Assembly (NCBI RefSeq): GCF_004010195.1
Contig: NC_057754.1
Span: 8,113,010 to 8,177,009, forward strand
Origin: Chiloscyllium plagiosum
Lineage: Eukaryota
Direction of reading: 5' to 3'
DNA: 64,000 nt
Shown here: positions 1-13,315 of the stretch, piece after piece
Position numbering within the stretch: position 1 is the first letter of the stretch
Layout: each line of letters starts with the position of its first letter
Translations under genes and position numbers: made by a program
Notes under the pieces: model-generated
The model's input: the letters and a program-made list of their open reading frames with translations, nothing else
Told to the model about the DNA's origin: nothing
The model's database searches: none

Positions 1-1300
1 CTGCGTACCACCCTCTGGTAAAAAGGTTGCCCCTCAGATTCCCTTTTATTCTTTCCCCTCTCACCTTAAAGTGATGCCCTCTAGTCCTCGATTCCCCAAC
101 CCTGGGGAAAAGACTCAGTGCATTCACCCTGTCCATGATTTTATACATTTTTATAAGATCCCCCTTAGTCTCCGACGCTCTCAAGAAAAAAAGTCCTAGC
201 TTGTCCAACCTCTCCCTATAACTCAAGACTGTTGAGTCCTGCCAACATCCTTGTAAATTCCTTCTGCACTCTTTCCAGTTTAATAACATCCTTCCTATCG
301 CAAGGCGACCAAAACTGAACACAATACTCCAAGTGCGGCCTCACCAACCTCCTGTACAACTGCAACATAACTTCCCAACTTCTATCCTCAGTGCCCTGAC
401 TGAAAAAGGCCACTGTGCCAAAAGCCTTCCTCACTGCCCTGTCTGCCCGGGACTCCACTTTCAAAGAACATTGCACCTGTCCCACTATACTCCGTAAGGC
501 CCTACCATTCACCATGAAATTCCTCCTTTGATTTGACTTTCCAAAATGTAAGACCTCACACTTGTCCGTATTAAACTCCATTTGCCATTTCTCGGCCCAC
601 TTCCCCGGCTGACCAAGGTCCTGCTGCAATTTCTGAGAACTTTCCTCACTGCCCACGATCCCGCCTGTTTTAGTGTCGTCTACAAACTTACTAATCATTC
701 CTTGTACATTCTCATCCAAATCATTGATATCGATAACAAACAGCAATGGGCCCAGCACCGACCCCTGGGGCACTCCACTAGTCACAGGCCTCCAGTCCGA
801 CAAGCATCCTCCCACTATTACCCTCTGCTTCCTACCATCAAGCCAATCGTGTATCCAGTTTGCCAGCTGTCCCTGGATTTCAAGCGATCCAACCTTCCGG
901 GGCAGCCCGCCATGTGGAACCTTATCAAATCCATACTGAAATCCATACAGACCACGTCTACCTCCCTCCCCTCGTCAACCTTCCTGGTCACTTCATCAAA
1001 GTGCTCCAACAGATTTATGACACGTGGTCTCCCACTCACAAAACCACGCTGACAGCTCCTAATCAAACCCTGTCTTTCCAAATACATGCACATCTTATTC
1101 CTCAGAATCTTCTCAAGTAACCTACCCACCACCGATGTTAAGCTGACTGGTCTATAGTTCCCTTTGCAGCCCTTCTTGAATAAGAGCCCACATTCGCTAC
1201 CCTCCAGTCATCTGGGACCTCACCCGTGGCTAAAGACGAGGCAAAAATATCAGCCAGGGCCCCCGCAATTTCTTCACTCGCCTCTTGCAGTGTTCTGGTC
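1..1300 (-). mobile_element. CR1-clade (HER1-like) LINE, truncated ORF2 reverse transcriptase remnant
   Basis: Minus-strand ORFs 216-815 and 818-1132 encode RT motifs ([52 protein letters not shown]), broken by frameshift/stops. Confidence 0.95.
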
Positions 1301-2330
1301 AGGATATATCCCATCAGGACCAGGAGATTGATCCACCTTCACATTCTAATACATCCAACACCTCCTCCACTGTGATAACATACTGTCCCCAAGGTATCAC
1401 CACCAATTTCCCCAAGTTCCTAAATCCTCATGTCTTTCTCCACAGTAGACACAGAGGAGAAATATTCATTGACCTGCGGGATGTTTAAAAGTGCCGAGTT
1501 CAATCTGTACAAGCGATGTCAAGTGGCCTCAAATGAAATGCAAACACTCCAGTGGTGAATCAAACAGCTTTAAGATGAACCTTTAGTTCCTGTGCAAATT
1601 GTTCAAGGAAGTGTCCTCCTCTTACGCTGTCTTTCATCCAGTATCACAAAGGGGAGAGTTGCAGTGTTGGCAGGCGGGTTTTGGAGGAGGCTGTCTGAAC
1701 TTGCAAAGCGTAAATAATGAAGCTCCAGTTTATCGTCAAAGGTTTATTAATTATTCACTCGCCATGTAGTTCCTCCCGTCTATTTTTATTTTTCTGGCCT
1801 TGGATAATCAATGTGGTTTGAAACTGCAGTGTGGGGGGGGATGTCTTCACAGCGCACAGGCCTGGATACGAACTGCAGCAACAGATCAGACCCACGGTGG
1901 AAAAACGCACCGTTCAGCCCATCTTGGATGCTTTGAGAGAGTTAGCCTCGCCTCCCACACCCCGCGATTTGCCACAGCCCTTTCCTGTTTTCACCACCTC
2001 CGTTCAAACACCGGGAGCCCATTTTCTGCGAACGGAAGCAGTATGCTCAAGCCTTGCGCCCATTTCTTTGGGATTACCCAAGATCCTCTGGTTTTCCCAT
2101 AGTTCTTTACCATGGCAATGCCTCACCTCATCAGAATCAGCTGGCCAACCAATCACCCCCTCCCCTCCCCCAGGCCTTTTATCCTGTCCGATAAATTGGT
2201 GTGAGCATTTCAAATTTGGAATTTTTGCACTTGTTGTGATGGGGGTAAAACATTTTTTTCATTTCCAGTGACATTCTGTTTTTACTGGAGATGCAAAGTT
2301 ACTCACGGCGCAGTAAAAGATGATTGTAGG

Positions 2331-2705
2331 ATCGCTACAGTTGTAGAAGCAGGCCTTTCGGCCCATTCAGTCCACACCAACCCTCCAAAGAGCATCCCTC
2401 TCCAACCAATCCCGCTACCCTATCCCTGTAACCCAACATTTCCCATGGCTAAACCACCTAGCCTGCACATCTCTGGATAATCTACTGTGGCCTATCCACC
2501 TAAGCTGCATATAGAATCCCTACAGTGTGGAAACAGGCCCATCGGCGCAACAAGTCCACTCCGACCGTCCGAAGAGTAACCCACTCAGACCCATTCCCCT
2601 AGCCTGTTACCTACATTTACCCCTGACTAATGCACCTAACCTGCACGTCCCAGAACACTGGGCAATTTAGCACGGCCAATTCACCCTGACCTGCACATAT
2701 TTGGA
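2331..2705 (-). mobile_element. Two adjacent 3' fragments of HE1-like V-SINE
   Basis: Match to the SINE 3' half seen elsewhere in the window (aatccctacagtgtggaaacaggccc...ccaattcaccctgacctgcacat). Confidence 0.8.
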
Positions 2706-2812
2706 CAGAGGGTCACAACTGATGGAGTGCCGCACTGTCAGAGGGTCAGTACTGAGGAGTTCCGCACTGTCGGAGGGTCAGTACTGAGGGAGTGCCGCGC
2801 TGTCAGAGGGAC
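2706..2812 (+). repeat. ~33-bp tandem repeat, about 3 copies
   Basis: Unit gagggtcagtactgagggagtgccgcactgtc read directly. Confidence 0.85.
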
Positions 2813-3364
2813 ACCTATTTCATTTGGACTGACTGGGAGGATGGATGTTGAAAAATGTGGAAAGCTAAGAGAGATTTGGGGGCGGTATTTGCAGGAAGTG
2901 ACAAGTATGTGGGATTAGTTTGCATGACGAGACAAATTGATTTTTGTACCATTTTTTTCCTCCCTGCCTGGGTTGAATCTACGTGCTTACCGGAAAATAA
3001 ACGCAAACTGAAGAGAAAGCCGAGATTCATATTTCTTGTATTTAATTTTTAATAAGGTACTGGAAGATGAAAAGCTCGATAGGGTCGGCACTGCTGTGGA
3101 GAAATATTTTTTTTGACAGTTAGCTGGGTTTGCTGTCCTTCGAGGAGGAAAGGTTAAAGGGAGATCAGATCAAGATGTTCGAAATCATGGCTTGGCTTGT
3201 TTTTAAAATGGGGAATGTGTCTCTGATTTTCGGAGGAACATTAATCAGACGGAAGCAAATAATCGGAAGAAGTGCCAGGGACAATACAAGGAGATTGCTG
3301 CGATTTGACACACAGTGATTCAGTTGTGACTTTCAAAAGGAAATTGTCTGAGGAGGCTGGATTT

Positions 3365-4001
3365 GCAGGCTGTTAATGTGGTCCAATCAAGGAGCCCTGG
3401 CTGACATAAAAATGTCAGGTACACAGCATGCAACTCTGGTCTCCCTACTATAGAAAAGGTATTATTAAACTAGAAAGAGTGCAGAAATGATTTACTAGTA
3501 GTTGGAAGGTTTGAGTTATAAGGAGAGGTTGGATAGGTCGGGACTTCTTTCCCTGGACCGTACAAGACTGAGGAGTGATTTGAGGTCGCTCAAGCCATGA
3601 GAGGCAAAGATAAGGTAGATTGCCAACAGCTATTCCCCATGGTCGGGGAGGCTGAAACTAGAGGGCATAGGTTTAGGGTGAGGGGGGAGAGGTCCAGAGG
3701 CACAATGTTTTTGACACGCAGGGTGGTATTTGTGGTACGGGACGCCAGAGGGAGTGGTGGAGCCGATTGCAAGTTTGTCATTTAAGAAATATTCAGACAG
3801 GTACATGGATGGGATAGAGCTATGGACCAAAGGCAAATGGGACGTATTTAAATTGTGGAAATTGGGGGCTTGGATAAGGTGGGCCGAAAGCCCTGTTCCA
3901 TGCTCTGAGTCTGGGCCAGGCAGCACTGTAGTTAAAGACTGTTCATGTGTTTATAAAGAGTGATTTGGTGACGGGGATACCGGCCTCTGTGGAATTAGTT
4001 C
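3365..4001 (+). mobile_element. Probable solo LTR split by a CR1 fragment (about 3420-3903)
   Basis: 3369-3420 (ctgttaatgtggtccaatcaaggagccctggctgaca) and 3960-3990 (gacggggataccggcctc) match the single element at 13778-13960; the intervening sequence is a CR1 3' region. Confidence 0.55.
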
Positions 4002-4924
4002 TGGAACCCACTAGCTAGCACCATCAGATATGGGCTGAGTGACCTCATTCTGTTGCTGCGTCGCCCTCAGATTCCAAGTTGGCGTCTCTACTCAGGGCGA
4101 TTTTGGGACTGAATCTTTTGGTCACATTAAGCATTCAAGTTCCACACACCGTCGAGGTTCACGCTGATGTGAGCATGAGGAGAACGAGAAACTCTGGAAA
4201 AGACTGACTGGACCGTTCCCATCAACCTCACTGCCAAATCACAGCATGAAAAAATCTTCAGCGTCTGCGTGATAAATATCAGTATTTAGCACCAGTATTT
4301 TGGTTGACTCGCGAACGGGATTGACTGTTTGGGTAAATACACTGCTCATTGGATTAATAGCTGTGCAATTATCTATGTTGCAGGCAGAAATTTGACTTTG
4401 AACTATGATAAATTTGCTAATGCTTCCAATAATTGATTATCTTTAGTCAGCCTCAGAATTCAGGTTGTCATACCTCCTCAGAACTTACATTACGACAATG
4501 TTAGGAAAACCATTGTCACAATCTGTTATACCTGCAAGTGGGAGGTTGGAGGCATCAGATACAAATGTAATTTCAGTGCTGGGGTTTGTTGGGGGGAAGG
4601 TATTTAGTTCAAAGCTGTGTTAGACCATCCCCAGAATATTAGCCTAGACCTCTGGATGACTAAACCTTTGGCCTACACCACCACTTCCACCAAATCCTCG
4701 AACCCTTTTCAATCCTTTTTTTCAGAATTCCTCTGTGGGAGATGGCAAGACCAGTATTGATTGCCCCCTGTGCCTGATTGCCTATGGAGAGGTTAGGGAG
4801 GGATAGTGGGCCGCAGACCTGTGTGATTTTGGGATATCCAGATGCTGTCGGGGGAGGACGCTTCGGACTGGACCCAGGGATTCCCAATGATTCCATTCTG
4901 TAACTCGCCCGTGGGCACTTTCCC

Positions 4925-5790
4925 AAAATTTGTGGGTATAGTAGATAAAGTGAAGCAGGTTACCTCAGTGTACAACAGGACCTTGATCAGGTGGGCTGAG
5001 GAGTGGCCGAAGGAGTTTAATTTCGATAAATGCGAGGTGCTGCATTTTGGAAAGGCCAATCAGGGCTGAACTTATACACTTAATGTTAAGGTCCTGGGGA
5101 GTGTTGCCGAACAAAGAGATCTTGCCATGCAGGTCCACAGTTCCTTCAAGGTGGAGTAGCAGGTGGTGAAGAAGGTGTTTGGTACACTTGTCTTTATTGG
5201 TCAGTGCATTGACCACAGGAGTTGGGAGGTCGTGTTGCAGCTGTACAGGACATTGGTTAGGTCATTTTTGGAATACTGCATGCAATTCTGGTCTCCCTCC
5301 TATAAGAAGGACGTCGTGAAACTTGAAAGGATTCAGGAAAGATTGACGAGGATGTAGCCAGGGTTGGGGGGTTTGAGCTATAGGGAGAGGCTGAACAGGC
5401 TGGGGCTGTTTTCCCTGGAGTGTTGGAGGCTGAGGGGTGACCTTATTGAGGTTTATAAAACCATGAGGGCCATGGATAGGATAAATAGACAAGGTCTTTT
5501 TCCCTGGGATAGGGGAGTCCAAAACTAGAGCACGTAGGTTTCAAGTGAGAGGGGAAAGATATAAAAGAGACCTAAGGGTGGTACGTGTATGGAATGAGCT
5601 GCCAGAGGATGTGGTGGAGGCTGGTACAATTGTAACATTAGAAAGTCATCTGGATGGGGACATGAATAGGAGGGGTTTAAGAGGGATACTGGCCAACTGC
5701 TGGCAGGTGGGACTAGATTAGGTTAGATATCTGGTCGGCATGGACGGGTTGGACTGGAGAGTGTGTTTCCGTGCTGTACAGCTCAGTGAT
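4925..5790 (+). mobile_element. CR1/HER1 LINE 3' fragment
   Basis: Encodes FNFDKCEVLHFGK and LEYCMQFWSPSYKKDVVKLERIQ with stops; shared CR1 3' UTR. Confidence 0.92.
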
Positions 5791-6369
5791 TCGGGCAGTG
5801 ACTTGGCTGTCTGAGAGCGTGCGCTCATTTCCAGGTACCGGCCTGGAAACCAGTGGGATTGTCGACATGGGGCCATTCGTTTTGATATGGCAGCTCCCCA
5901 ACAGAAACTTGTCCTGTGACTCACATTGCCTTCCCCCATCCAAGAAGGAAGGTGCAGTGATCCACAGAAAGCCCTCTTTTAAACCCACCTGATTGCCATG
6001 CACTGGCCGTGTTCAATAGGAAACCGAGTGCAAGAGAGTCAAAGTAATGACAGGGCGGTATTGATCGGGACTGTTGCTTCATGCAGCTCCTTGGAGCGAG
6101 CTATCATCTGTGGTACAAACTGACATTTATTTTTGATTTTCCATTTCACCTTACTGAACCTTCTAATGTGTGTGTATGTGTGTGTGTGCTGTCTGTCTGG
6201 GCATTTATGATTAGTCTCCAGCACACAGCCAGCAGTATGGCCCCAGAGCAAAATTACGGTGCTGTTCAAAATTGCTTCACTTCTTCTGAGCACTTTCTTC
6301 CCAGTCTCTCTCAATGGGTGGGCGTCGGCTGTCCCCTGTCACCCTCGGGAAGGTGGGAATGAGCGGCCT

Positions 6370-6590
6370 CCTCTGACTAATGCACCTAACACTACGGGCA
6401 ATTTACCATGGCCAATCCACCCTGACCTGCACATCTTTGGACTGTGGGAGGAAACCGGAGCACCCGGAGGAAACCCACACAGACACGGGGAGAATGTGCA
6501 AACTCCACACAGTCAGTCGCCTGAGGGTGGGATTGAACCTGGATCCCTGGTGCTGTGAGGCAGCAGTGCTAACCACTGAGCCACCATGCT
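6370..6590 (-). mobile_element. HE1-like V-SINE
   Basis: Reverse complement gives tRNA-like A/B boxes (tggctcagtgg, ggttcaatcc) plus V-domain (ggagtttgcacattctccccgtgtctg). Confidence 0.9.
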
Positions 6591-6617
6591 ACCTGTTTGG
6601 TGATGTCTGAGAAGCAA

Positions 6618-6904
6618 GTGGCCATGTGTATGCGAGGGTGAGTGTGAGAGCTGTGTGTGTGGCCATGTGTGTGCGATGAGAGCTGTGTGTGTGGCCATGT
6701 GTGTGTGTGCAAGGGTGAGTGTGAGAGCTGTGTGTGTGGCCAATTGTGTGTGCGAGGATGAGTGTGAGAGTTGTGTGTGTGGCCATGTGTGTGCGAGGGT
6801 GAGTGTGAGAGCTGTGTGTGTGGCCATGTGTGTGTGTGTGTGAGGGTGAGTGTGAGAGCTGTGTGTGTGGCCATGTGTGTGCAAGGGTGAGTGTAAGAGC
6901 TGTG
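6618..6904 (+). repeat. GT-rich ~41-50-bp minisatellite running into a gap
   Basis: Unit gtggccatgtgtgtgcgagggtgagtgtgagagctgtgtgt, about 7 variable copies. Confidence 0.9.
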
Positions 6905-7659
6905 NNNNNNNNNNNNNNNNNNNNNNNNNNNNNNNNNNNNNNNNNNNNNNNNNNNNNNNNNNNNNNNNNNNNNNNNNNNNNNNNNNNNNNNNNNNNNNNN
7001 NNNNNNNNNNNNNNNNNNNNNNNNNNNNNNNNNNNNNNNNNNNNNNNNNNNNNNNNNNNNNNNNNNNNNNNNNNNNNNNNNNNNNNNNNNNNNNNNNNNN
7101 NNNNNNNNNNNNNNNNNNNNNNNNNNNNNNNNNNNNNNNNNNNNNNNNNNNNNNNNNNNNNNNNNNNNNNNNNNNNNNNNNNNNNNNNNNNNNNNNNNNN
7201 NNNNNNNNNNNNNNNNNNNNNNNNNNNNNNNNNNNNNNNNNNNNNNNNNNNNNNNNNNNNNNNNNNNNNNNNNNNNNNNNNNNNNNNNNNNNNNNNNNNN
7301 NNNNNNNNNNNNNNNNNNNNNNNNNNNNNNNNNNNNNNNNNNNNNNNNNNNNNNNNNNNNNNNNNNNNNNNNNNNNNNNNNNNNNNNNNNNNNNNNNNNN
7401 NNNNNNNNNNNNNNNNNNNNNNNNNNNNNNNNNNNNNNNNNNNNNNNNNNNNNNNNNNNNNNNNNNNNNNNNNNNNNNNNNNNNNNNNNNNNNNNNNNNN
7501 NNNNNNNNNNNNNNNNNNNNNNNNNNNNNNNNNNNNNNNNNNNNNNNNNNNNNNNNNNNNNNNNNNNNNNNNNNNNNNNNNNNNNNNNNNNNNNNNNNNN
7601 NNNNNNNNNNNNNNNNNNNNNNNNNNNNNNNNNNNNNNNNNNNNNNNNNNNNNNNNNNN
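6905..7659. other. Assembly gap
   Basis: N run. Confidence 1.
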
Positions 7660-8399
7660 AGCTAACCACTGAGCCACCATGCTACCTGTTTGGTGATGTC
7701 TGAGAAGCAAGGAGCCGTGTGTGTGCGAGGGTGAGTGTGAGAGCTGTGTGTGTGTCCGTGTGAGGGGAGTGTGTGCATTTGCGTGTATGTGCCCCTGTAT
7801 GCATGTGTGAATGCAGTGAGAGTGTTTCAGGGATGTGTGTTTGTACATGTATATGTCTAGGCCACACAATGTAAGGACGGTCACTTTCTTTCCCAAAGGA
7901 CATTAGTGAACCAGAAGAGAAAAAGAGAGAGAGAGAATGTGTGTGTGTGTATATGATGTGTGTGTGTGTCTGTGTGTGTGTGAGTGAGAGTGGGGCATGA
8001 GTCTTCACAGATGGAACCATGTCCCGATCAAGCTCCACCCTGGCTTCACATGGCGATACCTCTGTCCTGGCCTTGAGGGAAGTGCGGGGAAACCACCACC
8101 CAGTTTCGCTTGATGACTCACAGCTCTGACTGGCTGGCTGTGCCAATTCCCACCCCCCCACCCTCCCAAACCCGGCAATGCAGGTTCTTGCTGAGCAGCC
8201 CCAAGACAGACATCTGCTGCTGGGGACCTCAGTACAAACCCCTCACTCGCTCTGGAGAGACACAGACCCTTCTCCACATTCCCGTAGAGTGTCTCCACTG
8301 CAGACCAAGTGGCGAGGAAAGCTCCAAAGCAATTGAGGAGGGTACAGTTTGAATTGGGAGATTGCCATCCACAAAATGCACCGCTCCTCTGTGTCTCAC

Positions 8400-8955
8400 C
8401 TGTTGGCGAGGCCTCTCCTGGATTACTGTGTGTAGTCCTGGTCGCTCTGTTATCGGGAGGATATTACCAAAGTGGAGATAGTTCAGAAGAGATTCACCAG
8501 CATGTTGTCGGGAATGGGGGGGGGGTTTGGGTTAGAAAGAGAGGCTGGATCAGCTGGGACTTTTTTCACTGGAGCGTAGGAGGTTGAGGGGTAATCTTAC
8601 AGTGGTTTATAAAATCTTGGTAGACGAATGGCAGGTGTCTATTCCCTAGTGGGGGGAAGGGGGGTGTTGGAATTGCAAGACCAGGCAGCGTATTTTGAAG
8701 CTGACAGGAGAAAGATTTACAAGACACAAGGGCTAACGTTTTCGCTCAGAGAGTGGTTCCTGTGTAGAATGAACTCACAGAGGAAGTGGTGGATGTGGGG
8801 ACAGTTTGAAAGACAGTTGGATAAGTTCATGAATAAGAGATATTCACCGGAACGAGGGCCAAGCGCAGGCAGGTGGGACTAGTTTTATTTGGGATTGTGG
8901 TTGGCACGGACTGGTCGGACCGAAGGGTCTGTTTCTGTGCTGCATGACTCTATGA
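8400..8955 (+). mobile_element. CR1 LINE 3' fragment (diverged)
   Basis: Same CR1 3' region and tail (gggtctgtttctgtgctgcatgactctatgac). Confidence 0.85.
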
Positions 8956-9295
8956 CTGGCGATATCGTGTTTACCCTGAACCCTGCCCAGTGCGGCTCAA
9001 CTAAGATGGGGGCAGCAGAGAGGGGTTTTTTCTGGAGAAGATTTGTGGCCGTTAAATGGAAAGGAGAGAAAGCATCGATGTTACTGAGCTCAGATCGACT
9101 GCATGATCAGCACTAAAGCTATCGCTTAATTCCGAGGTGCTGAGGGGACTTGCTGCATCGCTACTGTGGTCTGTGCAAGACAGTAACTCGACTGATTGGC
9201 CCCATTGGTGGGGACTGGGGATTAAAAGAAGTTTCAGAAGCTAGTTAGTTAGGAGCTGACGTTACTCACAAGCTAGAGGGCTTGTGAGTAATGAA

Positions 9296-9800
9296 TAGAG
9301 TGGTGCTGGAAAAGCACAGCAGGTCTAGCAGCATCTGAGGAACAGAAAAATCGACCTTTCAGGCAAAAGCCCTTCATTAGGCAGGGAGCTTTGGGGGTGG
9401 AGAGCTAAATGGGAGAGGGTGGGGCTGGGGGGACGGTTGCTGAGAGCGCAATAGGTGGATGGAGGTGGGGGTGAAGGTGATAGAATGGAGGGGAGGGTGG
9501 AGCAGATAGGTGGGAAGGGAGATAGTTAGGTCGTGAGGGCAGTGTTCAGCTGGAAGGTTGGGACTGGGGTAAGGTGGGGGGAGGCGAAATGAGGAAACTG
9601 GTGAAGTCCACATTGACGCCCTGAAGTTAGAGGGTCCCGAGGCGGAAGATGAGGCGTAGGACGGTGAGGGAGTGGCGATGGAGGAGGCCCAGGACCTGCA
9701 TGTCCTCAGCAGAGTGGGAGGGGGAGTTGAAATGTTCAGCCAGGGAGCGGTGGAGTTGATTGGTGCGGGTGTCCCGGAGATGTTCTCTGAAGCTTGTGAG
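9296..9800 (-). mobile_element. Penelope-like element 3' part (GIY-YIG remnant plus terminal repeat with decayed hammerhead motif)
   Basis: ORF 9627-9833(-) FREHLRDTRTNQ..AEHFNSPSHSAEDMQVLGL..RLIFRLGTL is homologous to 49583-49907; decayed HHR at 9351-9381. Confidence 0.85.
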
Positions 9801-10149
9801 TAATGCTTCCTGCCTCAGAGAGAGAAGATCCATGATCTGACCATAGACCTGGTTGACTCCTCTTTACCCTGTCCAAGAGACCCCTGCAGCTCTTCCGTTT
9901 TGGTCAGGCACGTGAACAAGGAACAGGAGTCAACCATTTGTCCCTGCGCCATCATTCAGTAAGATCATGGCTGGTCTGATTTTAACCTCAACTCTACATT
10001 TCTCCCTATTCCCTGATTATCTATCATCCCCTTGAGAATCTGTCTCCCTCTGGCTGAATAATGTTTAAAGGGACGACATCCTTTTTATTTTGAGGGAGGG
10101 AATTCCGAAGGTACTCAGCCCTGTGAGAGAAAACAGTGTGCCCTCATCA

Positions 10150-10390
10150 GCCACAGACAGCCTGATACAGCAACTGCTCTGCCCAGAACCGTAAGAGACT
10201 ACAGAGAGCTGTGAACGCAGCCCAGTCCATCCACTGACTCCATCGGCACTTCTTGCTGCCTGTCATTAAAGACCCCTCCCACTCCGATCATAAGCTTATC
10301 CAACCTCATCAGTCAGGCAGAAGATACAAAAGTTTAAACACATGAACCAACAGATTCAAGAACAGCTTCGTTCCCTGCTGTTATCAGACA
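10150..10390 (+). mobile_element. Rex1/Babar-like LINE 3' remnant
   Basis: Degenerate NCSAQ.RK.LQR.VN.AQSI..IKDPSH..SGRRY..FKNSF; homologous to the minus-strand remnant at 25330-26330. Confidence 0.65.
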
Positions 10391-10500
10391 GCACGGAAAC
10401 AGACCTTTCAGCCCAACTCCTCCACGCTGACAAGTTTCCTGAACACACTAGTCCCGTTTGCCTGCGTTTGGCCCATATCTCGCTGAACAATTCCATGTGG

Positions 10501-10690
10501 GTAAAAACAAGGACTGCAGATGCTGGAAACCAGAGTCGAGATTAGAGTGGTGCTGGAAAAGCACAGCAGTTCTGGCAGCATCCGAGGAGCAGGAAAATCG
10601 ACGTTTCAGGCAAAAGCCCTTCATCAGGAATAGAGGGCTTTTGCCCGAGACGTCGATTTTCCTGCTCCTCGGATGCTGCCTGAACTGCTG
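10501..10690. mobile_element. Short fold-back Penelope-derived element nested in a CR1 3' end
   Basis: 57-bp inverted repeat 10564-10620/10634-10690; flanking direct repeat gctgaac(aa/ct)ttccatgt at 10482 and 10687. Confidence 0.8.
10598..10630 (-). ncRNA. Minimal hammerhead ribozyme motif (PLE type)
   Basis: Minus strand CUGAUGA-A-GGGC(UUUU)GCCU-GAAAC-GUC. Confidence 0.65.
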
Positions 10691-11314
10691 AACCTTTCCA
10701 TGTACCTATCCAAATGTTTTTTGAAATGTTGGAATTTTACTAGCCTCTCCCATCTCCTATGCAGTTTGTTGCATACCCCGCACCACCCTGAGTGTGAAAA
10801 ATCTCAGGTCCCTTTTCAAGCTTTCCCCTCGAACCTTTCCCTGGTGTATTTGTGCCTTGTGAAGCACGCCTGGGCCCATTTTACAAAGGCATCATATAAA
10901 CGCAGTTTGTTGTCGCAGTGCTGGAGAGGCCAGCTGGTTGCGTGAGGCCACTCCCAACATGTCATCCTGCACCCCGTCTCTGCCTTTGCGACGTGAGGCT
11001 AAGGTTTCTGATGCTTCCTGACTCTTGTTGCCCTGAAGGCAACCTCGAGGAGAATTTTCAACACTCGATACGTGAACTGGGATTGATACCAATCTGGAAT
11101 GGCTGCTTCTGGACTCCGAGCTGCTGCGGAGCTCGGTGCCCTCTATCTGATGGTTGACAGTCACTTGCCATTTGGATGTGTAATGTTTGTTACAGCAAGC
11201 GAAGGACGAGCTACAGTTTGTTGACTGCGATATTTGTGCCTTTGGTCAAGCCACAGAATTCCAGTACAGCGATGTGAAGCTTTCAGATCCGAAGTCATTG
11301 CCACACCCCACATT

Positions 11315-12098
11315 AATTTGGGGAAAGCAAATTTTAGCAGGACTTATACATTAATGGTAAGGTCCTAGGGAGTGTTGCTGAACAAAGAGACCTTGGAGTG
11401 CAGGTTCATAGCTCCTGAAAGTGGAGTCGCAGGTAGATAGGATAGTGAAGAAGGCGTTTGGTATGCTTTCCTTTATTGGTCAGAGTATTGAGTACAGGAG
11501 TTGGGAGGTCATGTTGCGGCTGTACAGGACATTGATTAGGCCACTGTTGGAATATTGCGTGCAATTCAGGTCTCCTTCCTATCGGAAAGATGTTGTGAAA
11601 CTTGAAAGAGTTCAGAAATGATTTACAAGGATGTTGCCAGGGTTGGAGGGTTTGAGCTACAGGGAGAGGCTGAACAGGCTGGGGCTGTTTTCCCTGGAGC
11701 GTCGGAGGCTGAGGGGTGACCTTATAGAGGTTTATACTATCATGAGGGGCATGGATAGGGTAAATAGACAAAGTCTTTTCTCTGGGGTCGGGGAGTCCAG
11801 AACTAGAGGGCATAAGTTTAGGGTGAGAGGGGAAAGATATAAAAGAGACCTAAGGGGCAACTTTTTCTCTCAGAGAGTGGTGCTTGTATGGAATGAGCTG
11901 CCAGAGGAAGTGGTGGAGGCTGGTACAATTGTAACATTTAAAAGACATTTAGATGGGTAAATGAATAGGAAGGGTTTGGAGGGATATGGGCCGGGTGCTA
12001 GCAGGTGGGACTAGGTTGGGTTGGGATATCTGGGTCGGCATGGACGGGTTGGACCGAAGGGTCTGTTTCCGTGCTGTACATTTCTAAGACTCTAATGA
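11315..12098 (+). mobile_element. CR1/HER1 LINE 3' fragment (relatively young)
   Basis: ORFs 11421-11621 and 11631-11960 give the CR1 ORF2 C-terminus (LEYCVQF.SPSYRKDVVKLERVQK; RRRLRGDLIEVY; FFSQRVV.VWNELPEEVVEA). Confidence 0.95.
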
Positions 12099-12459
12099 CA
12101 ACCCAGACTGCGCTGGGTCTAAATAGGCAGCACAGTTGAGGTTTTAATGGCCAGATACTTAACACTTGTAATGTTACCATAACACTCACAGCCAGAGGAG
12201 CACTGTGTGTTATTTTACAGTGAAATAATAGATTGCTTTTGAAATTGCCGAGGTAAGAGAGTCGCCGTCGAAGCAATCATCAGGACTGATGGCAAATCTC
12301 AAGGGGAACAACAGTTTACACTGCATGGAATAAAAATGGTGCTGACTTGGTCCATCGGGGAAAGGTACAGCCTGTCAGGCCGCATCCGAGGAGCAGGAGA
12401 GTCGATGTTTCAAACTTCCTTCCTTGCTTCCAGCCAGCGTTAATGAGCTACGTTGTGAG

Positions 12460-13315
12460 CTAGTGGGCATTGCTTCAGTGCAGAGGGATCTGGGTGTGCT
12501 GACACATGAATTACCGAAAAGCAGTACGCAGGTTCAGCAAGTGATACGGAAGGCAGATGGAATCTTGGCCTTCGCTGCTGAAGGAATGGAGTTTGGAAGT
12601 AGGGATACAAGGTGTTAATGCGGACAGTTTTGTCCCCTGATTAAGGAAGGAGGTAATTACATCAAAGACAGTTCAGACAAGATTCACTCAGTAGATTCCA
12701 GAGACGGAGAGTTTGTCTTTTGAAGAGAGATTGAGCAGTTTGGGCCAGAGCTGTCTAGGGTCTGAAGAATGAGCAGAGATCTAATGGGCATTGGTATGAT
12801 GCCAAAGGGGACTGACAAAGTAGATGTGGAGAGGATGTTTCCTCCCTGATTTGGTTTGTCGTCATGAGTATTTATTACAGATACAGTGAGAAGTGTTGTT
12901 TGATGTCACCACTCTCCGGCACCATCTTAAAACACAACAAATAATGAACCAGAGCACGAAATATAAAGTCAGAAAAAAGCAATTAATTTCACATTGCAGT
13001 CGTATCAGTGGGGCAGTCTAGAATGAGAGGTTGCTTCAGGCTAAAGGGCGGCAGATTTCAAATAGCGATGAGGAGGAACGACTTCTCTCAAAGGAAGGTG
13101 AATCTGTGGAATTCACTCCCTCACCTCCCCCACCCCCCCTGCAGTGTGCAGGGGACACCGAATAAATTTGAGAAGGAGATGGACAGATTTTTAATCAATA
13201 ACAGGTTAAAGGGAGCACGGCAGGAGGGTCAAGTTGAGGCCGTGATGAGATCAGCCACGATTGTATTGAATGGCGGAGCAGGCCTACTGGCCAACTCCTG
13301 CCCCTCGTTCTGACA
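12460..13315 (+). mobile_element. Older CR1-family LINE fragment with internal insertion (about 12850-13005)
   Basis: QRDLGVL, VIRKADGILAF, FSQRKVNLWNSLP, MDRFLINNRLKG remnants. Confidence 0.75.

Noticed and set aside
216..1132. Functional reverse transcriptase gene
   Set aside because: Split ORFs, altered catalytic region (FVDD) and no endonuclease or ORF1: a dead CR1 copy
6568..7750. Apparent duplication of 6568-6660 at 7661-7750
   Set aside because: The copies flank an N gap, so this is most likely overlapping contig ends or two alleles of the minisatellite, not a real duplication
6569..7896. Long ORFs of 200-435 aa in the ORF track (also 34188-34991, 44685-45315, 52656-53663)
   Set aside because: Artefacts of reading through N runs
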